Assembly: GCA_040384825.1 (NCBI GenBank)
Contig: JAZKIO010000060.1
Span: forward strand, 3,559-67,558
DNA: 64,000 nt
DNA from: Pseudomonadota bacterium
GTDB taxonomy: Bacteria; Pseudomonadota; Gammaproteobacteria; Burkholderiales; Burkholderiaceae_C
Reading direction: 5' to 3'
The notes below the pieces were generated by a model. The model was given only the letters and a program-made list of their open reading frames with translations. It had not been told where the DNA came from and searched no databases. Within the stretch, counting starts at the first letter, position 1. Every line of letters begins with the position of its first letter. Shown here piece after piece: positions 9,011 to 20,761 of this stretch. A program made the position numbers and the translations under genes.

Positions 9011-11068
9011 ATGGCCACCCACACCCCCACCCCCAACGCGACCCTGATGGCCAACTCGATCCGCGCGCTCGCGATGGACGCGGTGCAGCAGGCCAACTCC
9101 GGCCACCCGGGCGCGCCCATGGGCATGGCCGACATGGCCGTCGCGCTGTGGGGCCGCCACCTGCGCCACAACCCCGGCAACCCCCAGTGGGCCAACCGCG
9201 ACCGCTTCGTGCTCAGCAACGGCCACGCGTCGATGATCCTGTACGCGCTGCTGCACCTGACCGGCTACGACCTGGCCGTGAGCGAGCTGCGCAACTTTCG
9301 CCAGCTGCACAGCAAGACGCCGGGCCACCCCGAGCACGGCCTGACGCCGGGTGTCGAGACGACGACCGGCCCGCTCGGCCAGGGCATCGCCAACGCCGTC
9401 GGCATGGCGCTGGCGGAGAAGATGCTCGCCAAGGAATTCAACCGGCCCGGGCACGACATCGTCGACCACCACACCTACGTGTTCCTGGGCGACGGCTGCA
9501 TGATGGAAGGCATCAGCCACGAGGTGGCGGCGCTGGCCGGCGCCTGGAAGCTGGGCAAGCTGATCGCCCTGTACGACGACAACGGCATCTCGATCGACGG
9601 CCAGGTCAAGCCCTGGTTCATCGACAACACGCCCGAGCGCTTCCGCGCCTATGGCTGGAACGTGATCGCCGATGTCGACGGCCACGATGCCGACGCGATC
9701 GACGCGGCGATCCAGCGGGCGATCGCGCAGGGCGGGGCGGCCGACGGCGGCAAGCCGACGCTGATCTGCTGCAAGACCGTCATCGGCCAGGGTTCGCCGA
9801 ACCGCGCCGGCACCGCCAAGGCGCATGGCGAGGCGCTCGGCGCCGACGAGATCAAGCTGACCCGCGCCGCCCTGCTCTGGACCAGCGAGGCCTTCGTGAT
9901 CCCCGAGGACGCCTACACCGCGTGGGACGCGCGCCAGCAGGGCCTGGCCGACGAGACGGCCTGGGTCGACGCGTTCGCGGCCTACGCCAAGGTCCATCCC
10001 GAACTCGCGGTCGAGTTCGCGCGCCGCATGGACAACGAGCTGCCGAAGAACTGGTCGCAGACGGTGGTCGATGCTGCCGTCGCAGCGCAGACGAAAGCCG
10101 AGACCGTCGCCAGCCGCAAGGCCAGCCAGCTCGCGCTCGAGGCGTTCACCAAGGCGCTGCCCGAGCTGATCGGCGGCAGCGCCGACCTGACCGGCTCGAA
10201 CCTCACCAACACCAGCAGCACCGCGCCGTTCCGGCTCGAGGCCGACGGCAGCGCCAACGGCGGCCGCCACGTCAACTACGGCGTGCGCGAGTTCGGCATG
10301 GCCGCGGTGATGAACGGCATCGCGCTGCACGGCGGGCTGATCCCGTACGGCGGCACCTTCCTCACCTTCAGCGACTACAGCCGCAACGCGATCCGCATGG
10401 CCGCGCTGATGAAGCAGCGCGTGATCCACGTCTTCACCCACGACAGCATCGGCCTCGGCGAGGACGGCCCGACGCACCAGTCGATCGAGCACGCCGCGTC
10501 GCTGCGGCTGATCCCGGGGCTGGACGTCTGGCGCCCGTGCGACACCGCCGAAACGGTGATCGCCTGGGCCTGCGCGATCGAGAGCAAGGCGCGCCCGAGC
10601 GCGCTGCTGCTGTCGCGCCAGAACCTGCCGTACGCGCCGAAGAAGACGCTCGACGGCATCTCGAAGGGCGGCTATGTGCTCGCCGAGCCGAGCGAGGTGG
10701 GCCTGAACAAGAAGGCGCAGGCGGTGATCATCGCAACCGGCTCCGAGGTGCAGCTCGCGCTGCACGCGCAACAGGAACTGGCCCGGCGCGAGAACGGCGG
10801 CATCGCCGTCACGGTGGTCTCGATGCCCTCGACCACGGTGTTCGACCGCCAGACCGAGGCCTACAAGACCAGCGTGCTGCCCAAGGGTGTGCCGCGCATC
10901 GCGGTCGAGATGGGCGTGACCGGCGGCTGGTGGAAGTACGGCTGCGCGGCGGTCGTCGGCATCGACACCTACGGCGAATCGGCGCCGGCCCCGGTGCTGT
11001 TCAAGCACTTCGGCTTCACGACCGAGAATGTCGTGGCCACCGTGCGGGCGGCGCTCCGCAAGACCTGA
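9011..11068 (+). CDS. tkt: Transketolase
   Basis: [49 protein letters not shown]. Confidence 0.97.
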   Translation: MATHTPTPNATLMANSIRALAMDAVQQANSGHPGAPMGMADMAVALWGRHLRHNPGNPQWANRDRFVLSNGHASMILYALLHLTGYDLAVSELRNFRQLHSKTPGHPEHGLTPGVETTTGPLGQGIANAVGMALAEKMLAKEFNRPGHDIVDHHTYVFLGDGCMMEGISHEVAALAGAWKLGKLIALYDDNGISIDGQVKPWFIDNTPERFRAYGWNVIADVDGHDADAIDAAIQRAIAQGGAADGGKPTLICCKTVIGQGSPNRAGTAKAHGEALGADEIKLTRAALLWTSEAFVIPEDAYTAWDARQQGLADETAWVDAFAAYAKVHPELAVEFARRMDNELPKNWSQTVVDAAVAAQTKAETVASRKASQLALEAFTKALPELIGGSADLTGSNLTNTSSTAPFRLEADGSANGGRHVNYGVREFGMAAVMNGIALHGGLIPYGGTFLTFSDYSRNAIRMAALMKQRVIHVFTHDSIGLGEDGPTHQSIEHAASLRLIPGLDVWRPCDTAETVIAWACAIESKARPSALLLSRQNLPYAPKKTLDGISKGGYVLAEPSEVGLNKKAQAVIIATGSEVQLALHAQQELARRENGGIAVTVVSMPSTTVFDRQTEAYKTSVLPKGVPRIAVEMGVTGGWWKYGCAAVVGIDTYGESAPAPVLFKHFGFTTENVVATVRAALRKT

Positions 11069-11148
11069 ACCGCGAATCGGCTCGCGATCGAATTTTCCCC
11101 GACGCACCCGCGTCATTTCCCGAAGAAGACGACTGAGACAACGACCCC

Positions 11149-12781
<1,633 letters not shown>

Positions 12782-12800
12782 GGCGCGTTCGTGCCGTGCG

Positions 12801-12825
12801 AAGGGCGCCCGCGGGCGCCCTTTTT
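12801..12825 (+). terminator. Intrinsic terminator after gap
   Basis: Inverted repeat AAGGGCGCCC-GC-GGGCGCCCTT followed by TTT. Confidence 0.8.
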
Positions 12826-12853
12826 CATGGCCGTGACCGACGCGCGTGCCGGC

Positions 12854-13561
12854 TCAGCGCCGGTACCGCCCGCCGCGCCAGCCGCCGATGTAGCCGATGC
12901 CGAAGCTGATCGACGGCGCCACGTAGTAGGAGGGCGCGGGGTAGTAGTAGACCGGTGGCGGCAGCGGGTCGTGGTAGATCGGCGGGGGCGGCGCTTCGGC
13001 GGTATCGACGGGCGCGTCGTAGCTCGGCACCGGGCTCGACATCAGCGGCGCGGGCACCATGCCGCCGTTCGCGTCGGCGGGTTGCAGGGCGACCGCCAGG
13101 CGCGTGCCCGGATCGCGCGCCAGGCGCGTGCTGTAGCGCTGGCCCGCGACCTCGTACATCACGTCGTAGCCGACAACGCGATCTTCGAGCCGGGTGACGG
13201 TCTGGCAGCGCCGCACCGGCGCCGCGGCGGCGGGCTGGCCGTCGGCCTCGATCTGGTTGCCGATCGCCGAGCCGGCGACCGCGCCGAGGCCGGTGGCCGC
13301 GGCGCGCCCGAAGCCGCCCCCGACCGTGTTGCCGATCAGGCCGCCGGCGATCGCGCCGATCAGCGCGCCGGCGCCGCTCGGCGCCCGCTGCACGACCTGC
13401 TGCTCGTTGCTGCACGCCTGGCGGAGCACCGCCACGGTGGCGTAGACCGGCGTGGACGAGACCACGTCGGCCTGGTCGGCCGCGAAGGCGGCGGGCGCGG
13501 TACCGGCCGCGCCGAGCGCGGCGGCCGCCGTAGCCAGAAAGGGGCGAAGCGCAGGGCGCAT
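12854..13561 (-). CDS. Glycine-zipper 2TM (RcnB/SlyB-like) secreted or membrane protein
   Basis: Signal peptide, GAGALIGAIAGGLIGNTVGGG glycine zipper, GYDVMYEVAGQRYSTR, Pro/Tyr-rich tail. Confidence 0.8.
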   Translation of the reverse strand: MRPALRPFLATAAAALGAAGTAPAAFAADQADVVSSTPVYATVAVLRQACSNEQQVVQRAPSGAGALIGAIAGGLIGNTVGGGFGRAAATGLGAVAGSAIGNQIEADGQPAAAAPVRRCQTVTRLEDRVVGYDVMYEVAGQRYSTRLARDPGTRLAVALQPADANGGMVPAPLMSSPVPSYDAPVDTAEAPPPPIYHDPLPPPVYYYPAPSYYVAPSISFGIGYIGGWRGGRYRR

Positions 13562-13863
13562 GGAAAACTCCTGAAGACGTGACGCGGGCACCCGGTTCCG
13601 ACACCGGCCCGCTGTCGAAAGCATACGCGTCGGCAGCGCGCCCTTGGCGTGCCGATGGTAAAGATGGCGGCGGCCGTGAAGGACGCGCCCATGCGCGCGC
13701 TCAGACCACGAAAACCCCGGCGAATCCGGGTGATTTGCACGGATCGGGCAGCAAACGCAGCCCCTACACTCGGGACGTATTTCCCAGAACCCGCGTGCCG
13801 TGGGCGTGCGGGCGTTGGCGGGTGCCGCTTCGGCGGTGCCCGTGGCTCCCCGGTGACCTGTTC

Positions 13864-15882
13864 ATGAAGACGCTTTCCCGCCGTCGCCCTGCCTGGGCCG
13901 TCTCCCTCCTGGCGCTGGTGTGCGTCTGTGCGTCGGCCGTGCCCGGCGCGGGCAGCGAACGCGCGCCCAAGCAGCGCGCGGCCGCGGTGTCGCGCGTCGC
14001 CGTCGAAGCGCCGGACAGCGAGGCGCGGGTCATCGTCAAGTACCGGCAGGACGCCGCGCTGATGCGCGCCGCGGCCGCCGCGAGCGCCCCGGCGCAACAC
14101 GCGACGGCCCTGTCGGCGCGGCTCGGCGTGAGCCTGACCGACGGCCGCGCGATCGGCGCGCGCGCCCAGGTGCTGCGCGCCCGCGGCCTCGGCTCGAAGG
14201 TGCTGGCCGACCGCCTCGCCGCGCAGGAGGACGTGGAGTACGCGGTCGTCGACGAGCGCAAGCACGCGCTCGCCATCCCGAACGATCCGCTCTACGCGGC
14301 GGGCCAGCCCGGCACGCCGAGCGCGGGCCAGTGGTACCTGCGCCCGCCGAGCAGCGGGACCATCGTCGATGCGACCAGCGTGGTGTCGGCGATCAACGCC
14401 GAAGGGGCCTGGAACATCACCAACGGCAAGCGCCGCGTCGTGATCGCCGTGCTCGACACCGGCGTCCGGCTCGATCACCCCGACCTCGCCCCCAAGTTCC
14501 GGCCCGGCTACGACTTCATCGCCAACGTGCCGACTGCCAACGACGGCAGCGGGCGCGATGCCGATCCGAGCGATCCCGGCGACGGCGTCAGCTCGGCCGA
14601 TGTCGGCGTCGTCAGCGGCTGCACCACCGCCGAGGTCGCGCCCAGCACCTGGCACGGCACCCAGACCGCGGGCCTGATCGGCGCCGCCACCAACAACGGC
14701 ATCGGCATGGCCGGCGCCGGGCGCGACGTGATGATGTTGCCGGTGCGCGTGCTCGGCAAGTGCGGCGGCTTCGACTCCGACATCCAGGCCGCGATGCTGT
14801 GGGCTGCCGGCCTGAGCAACACGCCGAGCGTGAACCCGTACCCCGCCAAGGTCATCAACCTCAGCCTCGGCTCGACCGGCGCCTGCAGCACGGCCTATCG
14901 GGACGTGATCCAGCAGTTGACGGCGGCCGGCGTGGCGGTCGTCGTCGCGGCGGGCAACGAAGGCCTGGGCGTCGGCACCCCGGCGAACTGCCCGGGCGCG
15001 ATCGCGGTCGCCGGCGTGCGCCATGCCGGCACCAAGGTCGGCTATTCCGATCTTGGGCCCGAGGTCGCGATCGCGGCGCCGGCCGGCAACTGCGTGAACT
15101 CGAGCGGCGACTGCCTGTTCCCGCTGCTGACCACGAGCAACAGCGGCGACATCGGCCCGGTTGCAGGTGAGGCCGGCGCCATCTACACCACGGGCGGCAC
15201 CAACGCCTCGCTCGGCACCAGCTTCTCGGCGCCGCTGGTGTCGGGCACCGTCGGGCTCATGCTCTCCGCCAACCCGACGCTGACGCCGGCGCAGTTGCTG
15301 CAAACCCTCAAGGACACGGCGCGGCCGTTCCCGGCCACCGGTGCCGGCGCTGGCGTGACCGCCTGCACCGCGCCGACCAGCGTCGCGCAGGGGAGCGAGT
15401 GCTACTGCACCACCACGACCTGCGGCGCGGGCCTGCTCGATGCCGGCGCGGCCGTCGCCAGCGTGGCGATCCTGAACGCGAACATCGACACCGCGACCAC
15501 CAGCGTCGCGCTCGCGACGCCGATCACCCTCGACGGCGGCAGCTCGAGCGCGGCCGCCGGGCGTGCGGTCTCCACGTACGCCTGGGGCATCGTCTCGGGC
15601 GGGGACGTGGCGGCGCTCACCAGCGCCGCCAATGCGTCGACCGCCACGCTGCAGTTCAGCGCCTACGGCAGCGCGACCGTGCAGCTCACCGTGACCGACA
15701 GCAGCGGTGCCACCGACACGACCCAGGTCGTGCTGACGGCGCCGTCGCCGGTCGCCACGCCGGCACCGGACACCGGCGGTGGCGGGGGTGGGGGCGGAGC
15801 CTTTCAGCTCGGCTGGCTGCTGGCGTGGATGCTGGGCGTGGGCGCCACCGCGCTCGCCCGCCCGCGCCGCACCGGGCGCTGA
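13864..15882 (+). CDS. Secreted S8 subtilisin-like serine protease with PKD-like domain and GlyGly-CTERM-like anchor
   Basis: Catalytic triad VAVLDTG / WHGTQTAG / GTSFSAP. C-terminal GGGGGGG-AFQLGWLLAWMLGVGATALA-RPRR. Confidence 0.92.
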   Translation: MKTLSRRRPAWAVSLLALVCVCASAVPGAGSERAPKQRAAAVSRVAVEAPDSEARVIVKYRQDAALMRAAAAASAPAQHATALSARLGVSLTDGRAIGARAQVLRARGLGSKVLADRLAAQEDVEYAVVDERKHALAIPNDPLYAAGQPGTPSAGQWYLRPPSSGTIVDATSVVSAINAEGAWNITNGKRRVVIAVLDTGVRLDHPDLAPKFRPGYDFIANVPTANDGSGRDADPSDPGDGVSSADVGVVSGCTTAEVAPSTWHGTQTAGLIGAATNNGIGMAGAGRDVMMLPVRVLGKCGGFDSDIQAAMLWAAGLSNTPSVNPYPAKVINLSLGSTGACSTAYRDVIQQLTAAGVAVVVAAGNEGLGVGTPANCPGAIAVAGVRHAGTKVGYSDLGPEVAIAAPAGNCVNSSGDCLFPLLTTSNSGDIGPVAGEAGAIYTTGGTNASLGTSFSAPLVSGTVGLMLSANPTLTPAQLLQTLKDTARPFPATGAGAGVTACTAPTSVAQGSECYCTTTTCGAGLLDAGAAVASVAILNANIDTATTSVALATPITLDGGSSSAAAGRAVSTYAWGIVSGGDVAALTSAANASTATLQFSAYGSATVQLTVTDSSGATDTTQVVLTAPSPVATPAPDTGGGGGGGGAFQLGWLLAWMLGVGATALARPRRTGR

Positions 15883-15897
15883 AGGCGCAGGCGCCGC

Positions 15898-16560
15898 TCA
15901 GGCGCCCGGCGTGCTCGCGCAGGCCGCGAACGACTTGCCGCTCGCGGCCAGCTGCAGCTGGCCTGCCTGCGCGGCGAGCGCCGGGCTGGCGGCGGCGATG
16001 CGCAGCCAGTAGCGGCCGGTCGCCGGGGCGAGCTCGACGACCCGCGCGGTGCGGATCCCCTGCTGGGTGAACTGGTCGAGCGCGCGGGTCGCGTCGGCCG
16101 GGTTGTCGAAGCGGCCGAGCGACAGCCCGGGCACGAGGCCCGTGCCCTCGCGGATCTCCTCGTACGGCAGCTTGCGGCGCTTCAGTTCCTCTTCCTTCTT
16201 CGTCATCGCGTCGCGGCCGGCGTAGCGCCCCATGTAGACCATCCAGCTGCCGGGCAGGTCGGTGCGGACGGTCGCCACGCTGCCGGGCGGCAGGGCCGCC
16301 TGCGCCGCGCTGCGGGCGGCGTCGAGCTCGGCCTCGGCGAACGGGCCGGCCTCGATGCAGGCGGCGGCCGCGCCGACGCTGGCGGCGCTCGCCGCGCCCG
16401 GCGGCAGCACGCGGATCACTTCAGGCCGGATCTGGCGCTGCAGCCGATCCGGCTCGCGCTCGCCGCCCGGTCGCCAGCCGATCGCCTCGAACCAGCCCTG
16501 CGACCAGCCGAAGACGACCAGGTTGGCCAGCAGCAGCAGCCCGACCAGTACGCGCAGCAT
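15898..16560 (-). CDS. SPOR-domain protein
   Basis: N-terminal LLLLANL membrane anchor, CIEAGPF, LSLGRF; lies downstream of birA as usual. Confidence 0.8.
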   Translation of the reverse strand: MLRVLVGLLLLANLVVFGWSQGWFEAIGWRPGGEREPDRLQRQIRPEVIRVLPPGAASAASVGAAAACIEAGPFAEAELDAARSAAQAALPPGSVATVRTDLPGSWMVYMGRYAGRDAMTKKEEELKRRKLPYEEIREGTGLVPGLSLGRFDNPADATRALDQFTQQGIRTARVVELAPATGRYWLRIAAASPALAAQAGQLQLAASGKSFAACASTPGA

Positions 16561-16570
16561 CAGCGGACGC

Positions 16571-17503
16571 TCATCGCGACACCGGCCGCACGCTGACTTC
16601 GCCGCTCGCGACCGGCGCGATCGCGCCGTCCGCGCCTTCGACGCGCAGCGCGCCATCGGCCGCCACGCCGCGGGCGATGCCCTCCGGCACCGTCGGCAGC
16701 GTGGTCGTGACCGGGCGGCCGACCAGGATGTCGCGCGCCGCGAAGCCGGCAGCGAACCCGGCGAAGCCCTCGCGCTCGAACCGCTGCAGCGCGAGCACGA
16801 GCGGGCGGGCCACCGTCGCAAGCACCGCCGGCGCGGTGACGGCCACGTCGAGCTCCTGCAGCGACGCGAAGCCGGTGCTGGTCGCACCCGAGGCGAACGG
16901 CAGCACGTTGAGCCCGATGCCGATGACGGCGCGGCGCGGCCCGCCGGTCGACATGCTCTCGATCAGGATGCCTCCGAGCTTGCGGCCGCTCCTGCGGCCT
17001 GCCTCGCCGTCCCGCACGTTGTCCCGCACGTCGTCCATCAACCACAGGTCGTTGGGCCACTTCAGGCCGATGCGCGGCGCCGCGCCCGGAGCCGGTTCGA
17101 GCGCCTCGCACAGCGCCACGCCGACGGCCAGCGACAGGCCCGACCAGTCCTCGCGCGCCACCGGCAGCGCGAGCGAGAACGTGAGCGACGCGCCCGCGGC
17201 CGATTGCCAGTCGCGGCCCTGGCGCCCGCGCCCGCCGGTCTGCTGCTCGGCCACCAGGAGACACGGCGCCAGGTCGACCGCGCGCCGCGCGAACGCGCCG
17301 CTCTCGACACTGCGGCGCACCTGCACGTCGCCCTCGGTCGCCTCGCGATCGCCGCGCCGCGAGGGCGCGCCGCGACTGCGTTCGAGCAGCAGGCTGTTCG
17401 TTGAGGTGGTGCGCGGCAGCACCTCGACGCTGAGGCCGGGCAGCAGCGGCACGAGCTGTTCCCAGAGGGCCTCGGCGTTCCAGCGGATCGGTGGCTCGGC
17501 CAT
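16571..17503 (-). CDS. birA: Biotin--acetyl-CoA-carboxylase ligase
   Basis: STNSLL, AEQQTGGRGRQGRDW, LKWPNDL, KLGGILIE, GIGLNV, SGEVSVR. Confidence 0.92.
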   Translation of the reverse strand: MAEPPIRWNAEALWEQLVPLLPGLSVEVLPRTTSTNSLLLERSRGAPSRRGDREATEGDVQVRRSVESGAFARRAVDLAPCLLVAEQQTGGRGRQGRDWQSAAGASLTFSLALPVAREDWSGLSLAVGVALCEALEPAPGAAPRIGLKWPNDLWLMDDVRDNVRDGEAGRRSGRKLGGILIESMSTGGPRRAVIGIGLNVLPFASGATSTGFASLQELDVAVTAPAVLATVARPLVLALQRFEREGFAGFAAGFAARDILVGRPVTTTLPTVPEGIARGVAADGALRVEGADGAIAPVASGEVSVRPVSR

Positions 17504-17520
17504 CGCGCGGAAGGGGTCGA

Positions 17521-18024
17521 TCAGCGCTTCTTCGGCGCGAGCATGGTGCCGCGGCAACCCTTGGTGCCGCAGCGGCACTCGAACTGCTTCTTCAGCTTCT
17601 TGGTGTACGGCTCGTCGATGATCAGGCCGTAGTCGTAGAACAGCTCGGTGTCGGGCGCGATCTTCTTCAGCGCCTTGATGAAGATGCGGCCGTCGATCTC
17701 GTCGGCCTCGCAGTTGGGCGTGCACGCGTGGTTGATCCAGCGCGCCGCGTTGCCGCCGTACTTCGCGTCGATCACGTGCTTGTCGTCGACGTGGAAGTAG
17801 AACGTGTGGTCCGGGTCCTTCGGGTCGTGCGGGTGGCGGCGCAGCGCTTCCTTCCAGCTGATGACTTCGCCGACGTACTCGATCAGCACCTCGCCCTTCT
17901 TGAGCGTCGCGGTGCTGAACACGCCCTTGCCGTGCACGCCCGACTTGCGCACCTGAATGCGCTTGCCCGGCTTCTTCGGTGCCGTCGACGAATCGGGGGT
18001 GCTGGCGGCGCTGTCTTGCGTCAT
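17521..18024 (-). CDS. SET-domain lysine methyltransferase
   Basis: SGVHGKGVF, EYVGE, ARWINHACTPNC, ELFYDY, post-SET CRCGTKGCRG. Start could also be at 18051. Confidence 0.92.
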   Translation of the reverse strand: MTQDSAASTPDSSTAPKKPGKRIQVRKSGVHGKGVFSTATLKKGEVLIEYVGEVISWKEALRRHPHDPKDPDHTFYFHVDDKHVIDAKYGGNAARWINHACTPNCEADEIDGRIFIKALKKIAPDTELFYDYGLIIDEPYTKKLKKQFECRCGTKGCRGTMLAPKKR

Positions 18025-18053
18025 CGGATTCTTTATGTACATTGAAATCATGG

Positions 18054-18104
18054 GTGCGCGCGTGTGTGCGTGCACGTGTGCGTACACGTGTGTACATGCG
18101 CGCG
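18054..18104. repeat. Perfect 51-nt alternating purine-pyrimidine tract (Z-DNA-prone)
   Basis: GTGCGCGCGTGTGTGCGTGCACGTGTGCGTACACGTGTGTACATGCGCGCG; every position alternates R/Y. Confidence 0.9.
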
Positions 18105-18125
18105 AGAAGCCCGGATTGTATTGAT

Positions 18126-18145
18126 GCGCAGGGCGAGCCCTGCGC
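18126..18145. repeat. Perfect inverted repeat in topB leader
   Basis: GCGCAGGGC-GA-GCCCTGCGC, ending 17 nt before the topB ATG. Confidence 0.75.
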
Positions 18146-18162
18146 GAACCGAGAAGTAACAC

Positions 18163-20745
18163 ATGACCAAGTCACTGATCATTGCCGAGAAGCCTTCCGT
18201 CGCGCAGGACATCGTGCGCGCGCTCACGCCCACGGCCGGCAAGTTCGACAAGCACGACGAGTACTTCGAGAGCGAGGGCTTCCTCGTCACGTCCGCCGTC
18301 GGCCACCTGCTGGAGATCAAGGCGCCGGAGGAGTTCGACGTGAAGCGCGGCAAGTGGAGCTTCGCGAACCTGCCGGTGATCCCGCCGCACTTCGACCTGA
18401 ACCCGATCGACAAGAGCAAGGGGCGCCTGGGCGCGATCGTCAAGCTCGTCAAGCGCAAGGATGTGAGCGAACTGATCAACGCCTGCGACGCGGGCCGCGA
18501 GGGCGAGCTGATCTTTCGCCTGATCCAGCAGCACAGCAAGAGCAAGCACCCGGTGCGGCGCCTGTGGCTGCAGAGCATGACGCCGGCCGCGATCCGCGAC
18601 GGCTTCGAGCACCTGCGCAGCGACAAGCAGATGCTGCCGCTGGCCGACGCCGCGCGCTGCCGCAGCGAGGCCGACTGGCTCGTGGGCATCAACGGCACGC
18701 GCGCGATGACGGCGTTCAACTCGCGCGACGGCGGCTTCTTCCTGACGACGGTGGGCCGGGTGCAGACGCCGACGCTGTCGATCATGGTCGAGCGCGAGGA
18801 GAAGATCCGCAAGCACGTGGCCCGCGACTACTGGGAGCTGAAGGCGACCTTTGCCGCGCAGGCCGGCGAGTACGACGGCAAGTGGTTCGACCCGAAGTGG
18901 AAGAAAAACCCCGACGACCCGGAGCAGCGCGCCGACCGCCTCTGGAACGAGCGCGACGCCAAGGCCATCGCCGAAGCCGCGCGCGGCCAGCCGGCCAGCG
19001 TGACCGAGGAAGCCAAGCCCAGCACGCAGAGCTCGCCGGGCCTGTACGACCTGACGACGCTGCAGCGCGAGGCCAACTCGCGGCTCGGCTTCTCGGCCAA
19101 GACCACGCTGTCGATCGCGCAGGCGCTGTACGAGAAGCACAAGGTGCTGACCTACCCGCGGACCGACAGCAAGCACCTGCCGGAGGACTATGTCGACGTC
19201 GTCAAGCAGACGATGAAGATGATCTCGACCGAGGACATGCCGGGCCCGCTGCGCGCGCTGGCCGTGCACGCGAAGACGGCGATCAAGGAGGGCTACGTCA
19301 AGCCCAACAAGAAGATCTTCGACAACGCCAAGGTCTCCGACCACTTCGCGATCATCCCGACCCTGCTCGCGCCCAAGAGCCTGAGCGAGATCGAGGCCAA
19401 GCTGTACGACATGGTCGTCAAGCGCTTTATGGCGGTGTTCTTCCCGCCGGCCGAGTTCATGGTGACGACGCGGATCTCGACCGTGAAAGTGCAGGACAAG
19501 GAGCACAAGTTCCAGACCAACGGCAAGGTGATGGTCAAGCCGGGCTGGCTCGCCGTCTACGGCCGCGAGGCGCAGGAGGACGACGCCAACCTCGTGGCGG
19601 TGGCGCCCGGCGAGATCGTGCGCACCGAAGACGTGGCCGTGAACGCGCTGAAGACCAAGCCGCCCGCGCGCTACACCGAGGCCACCCTCCTGAGCGCGAT
19701 GGAAGGCGCCGGCAAGCTGATCGACGACGACGAGCTGCGCGAGGCGATGTCGGAGAAGGGCCTGGGCACGCCGGCCACGCGCGCCGCGATCATCGAAGGG
19801 CTGATCTACGAGAAGTACATCCACCGTGACGGCCGCGATCTGGTGCCCGGCGCCAAGGCCTTCCAGCTGATGACGCTGCTGCGCGGCCTCGGCGTCGAGG
19901 AGCTGACGCAGCCGGAGCTGACCGGCAATTGGGAGTTCAAGCTCGCCGAGATGGAGAAGGGGCGCCTGGAGCGCGAGGCCTTCATGGCCGAGATCGCCGG
20001 CATGGCCGAGCGCATCGTCAAGAAGGCCAAGGAATACGACCGCGACACCATCCCCGGCGACTACGCGACGCTGAAGGCGCCGTGCCCGAACTGCGGCGGC
20101 GTGGTCAAGGAGAACTACCGCCGCTTCGCCTGCACGGGCGTGCCGGGCAAGTCGGAAGGCTGCGGCTTCTCGATCAGCAAGATCCCCGGCAGCCGCGCGT
20201 TCGAGCTCGACGAGGTCGAGAAATTCCTGACCGACAAGAAGATCGGCCCGCTCGAAGGCTTCCGCTCCAAGGCCGGCTGGCCGTTCACCGCCGAGCTGAA
20301 GCTCGCGTTCGACGACGAGATCAAGAACTGGAAGCTGGAGTTCGACTTCGGCGAGGACGCGAAGAAGGACGGCGAATCCGGCGAGCCGATCGACTTCTCC
20401 GCGCAGGAGTCACTCGGCGCCTGCCCGAAGGACCAGGGCAAGGTGTTCGAGCACGGGACGAGCTACGTCTGCGAGCACGCCGTCGGCGCCAACGTGACCT
20501 GCGACTTCAAGAGCGGCAAGATCATCCTGCAGCAGCCGGTCGCGCGCGAGCAGATGAGCAAGCTGCTCGAGACCGGCAAGACCGACCTGCTCGAAGGCTT
20601 CGTGTCGAACAAGACGCGCCGCAAGTTCAAGGCACGCCTGGCCTACGACAAGAAGGAAGGCAAGGTCAGCTTCGAGTTCGAGCCGCGCGCGCCGCGCGTG
20701 CCGGCAGCGGCGAAGAAGGCCGCCGCGAAGAAGACCGCGGCCTGA
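18163..20745 (+). CDS. topB: DNA topoisomerase III (type IA) with C-terminal repeats and Lys/Ala-rich tail
   Basis: Toprim IIAEKPSVA, NACDAGREGELIF, GRVQTPTL, active-site LTYPRTD, GLGTPATRA; ends PAAAKKAAAKKTAA. Confidence 0.95.
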   Translation: MTKSLIIAEKPSVAQDIVRALTPTAGKFDKHDEYFESEGFLVTSAVGHLLEIKAPEEFDVKRGKWSFANLPVIPPHFDLNPIDKSKGRLGAIVKLVKRKDVSELINACDAGREGELIFRLIQQHSKSKHPVRRLWLQSMTPAAIRDGFEHLRSDKQMLPLADAARCRSEADWLVGINGTRAMTAFNSRDGGFFLTTVGRVQTPTLSIMVEREEKIRKHVARDYWELKATFAAQAGEYDGKWFDPKWKKNPDDPEQRADRLWNERDAKAIAEAARGQPASVTEEAKPSTQSSPGLYDLTTLQREANSRLGFSAKTTLSIAQALYEKHKVLTYPRTDSKHLPEDYVDVVKQTMKMISTEDMPGPLRALAVHAKTAIKEGYVKPNKKIFDNAKVSDHFAIIPTLLAPKSLSEIEAKLYDMVVKRFMAVFFPPAEFMVTTRISTVKVQDKEHKFQTNGKVMVKPGWLAVYGREAQEDDANLVAVAPGEIVRTEDVAVNALKTKPPARYTEATLLSAMEGAGKLIDDDELREAMSEKGLGTPATRAAIIEGLIYEKYIHRDGRDLVPGAKAFQLMTLLRGLGVEELTQPELTGNWEFKLAEMEKGRLEREAFMAEIAGMAERIVKKAKEYDRDTIPGDYATLKAPCPNCGGVVKENYRRFACTGVPGKSEGCGFSISKIPGSRAFELDEVEKFLTDKKIGPLEGFRSKAGWPFTAELKLAFDDEIKNWKLEFDFGEDAKKDGESGEPIDFSAQESLGACPKDQGKVFEHGTSYVCEHAVGANVTCDFKSGKIILQQPVAREQMSKLLETGKTDLLEGFVSNKTRRKFKARLAYDKKEGKVSFEFEPRAPRVPAAAKKAAAKKTAA

Positions 20746-20761
20746 CCGGAAGGTCTGCCCG

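Noticed and set aside
13700-13860. c-di-GMP or other riboswitch upstream of the subtilase
   Set aside because: A GCAAAC-like word and a UUCG hairpin are present, but the P1-P3 architecture of a known riboswitch could not be built.
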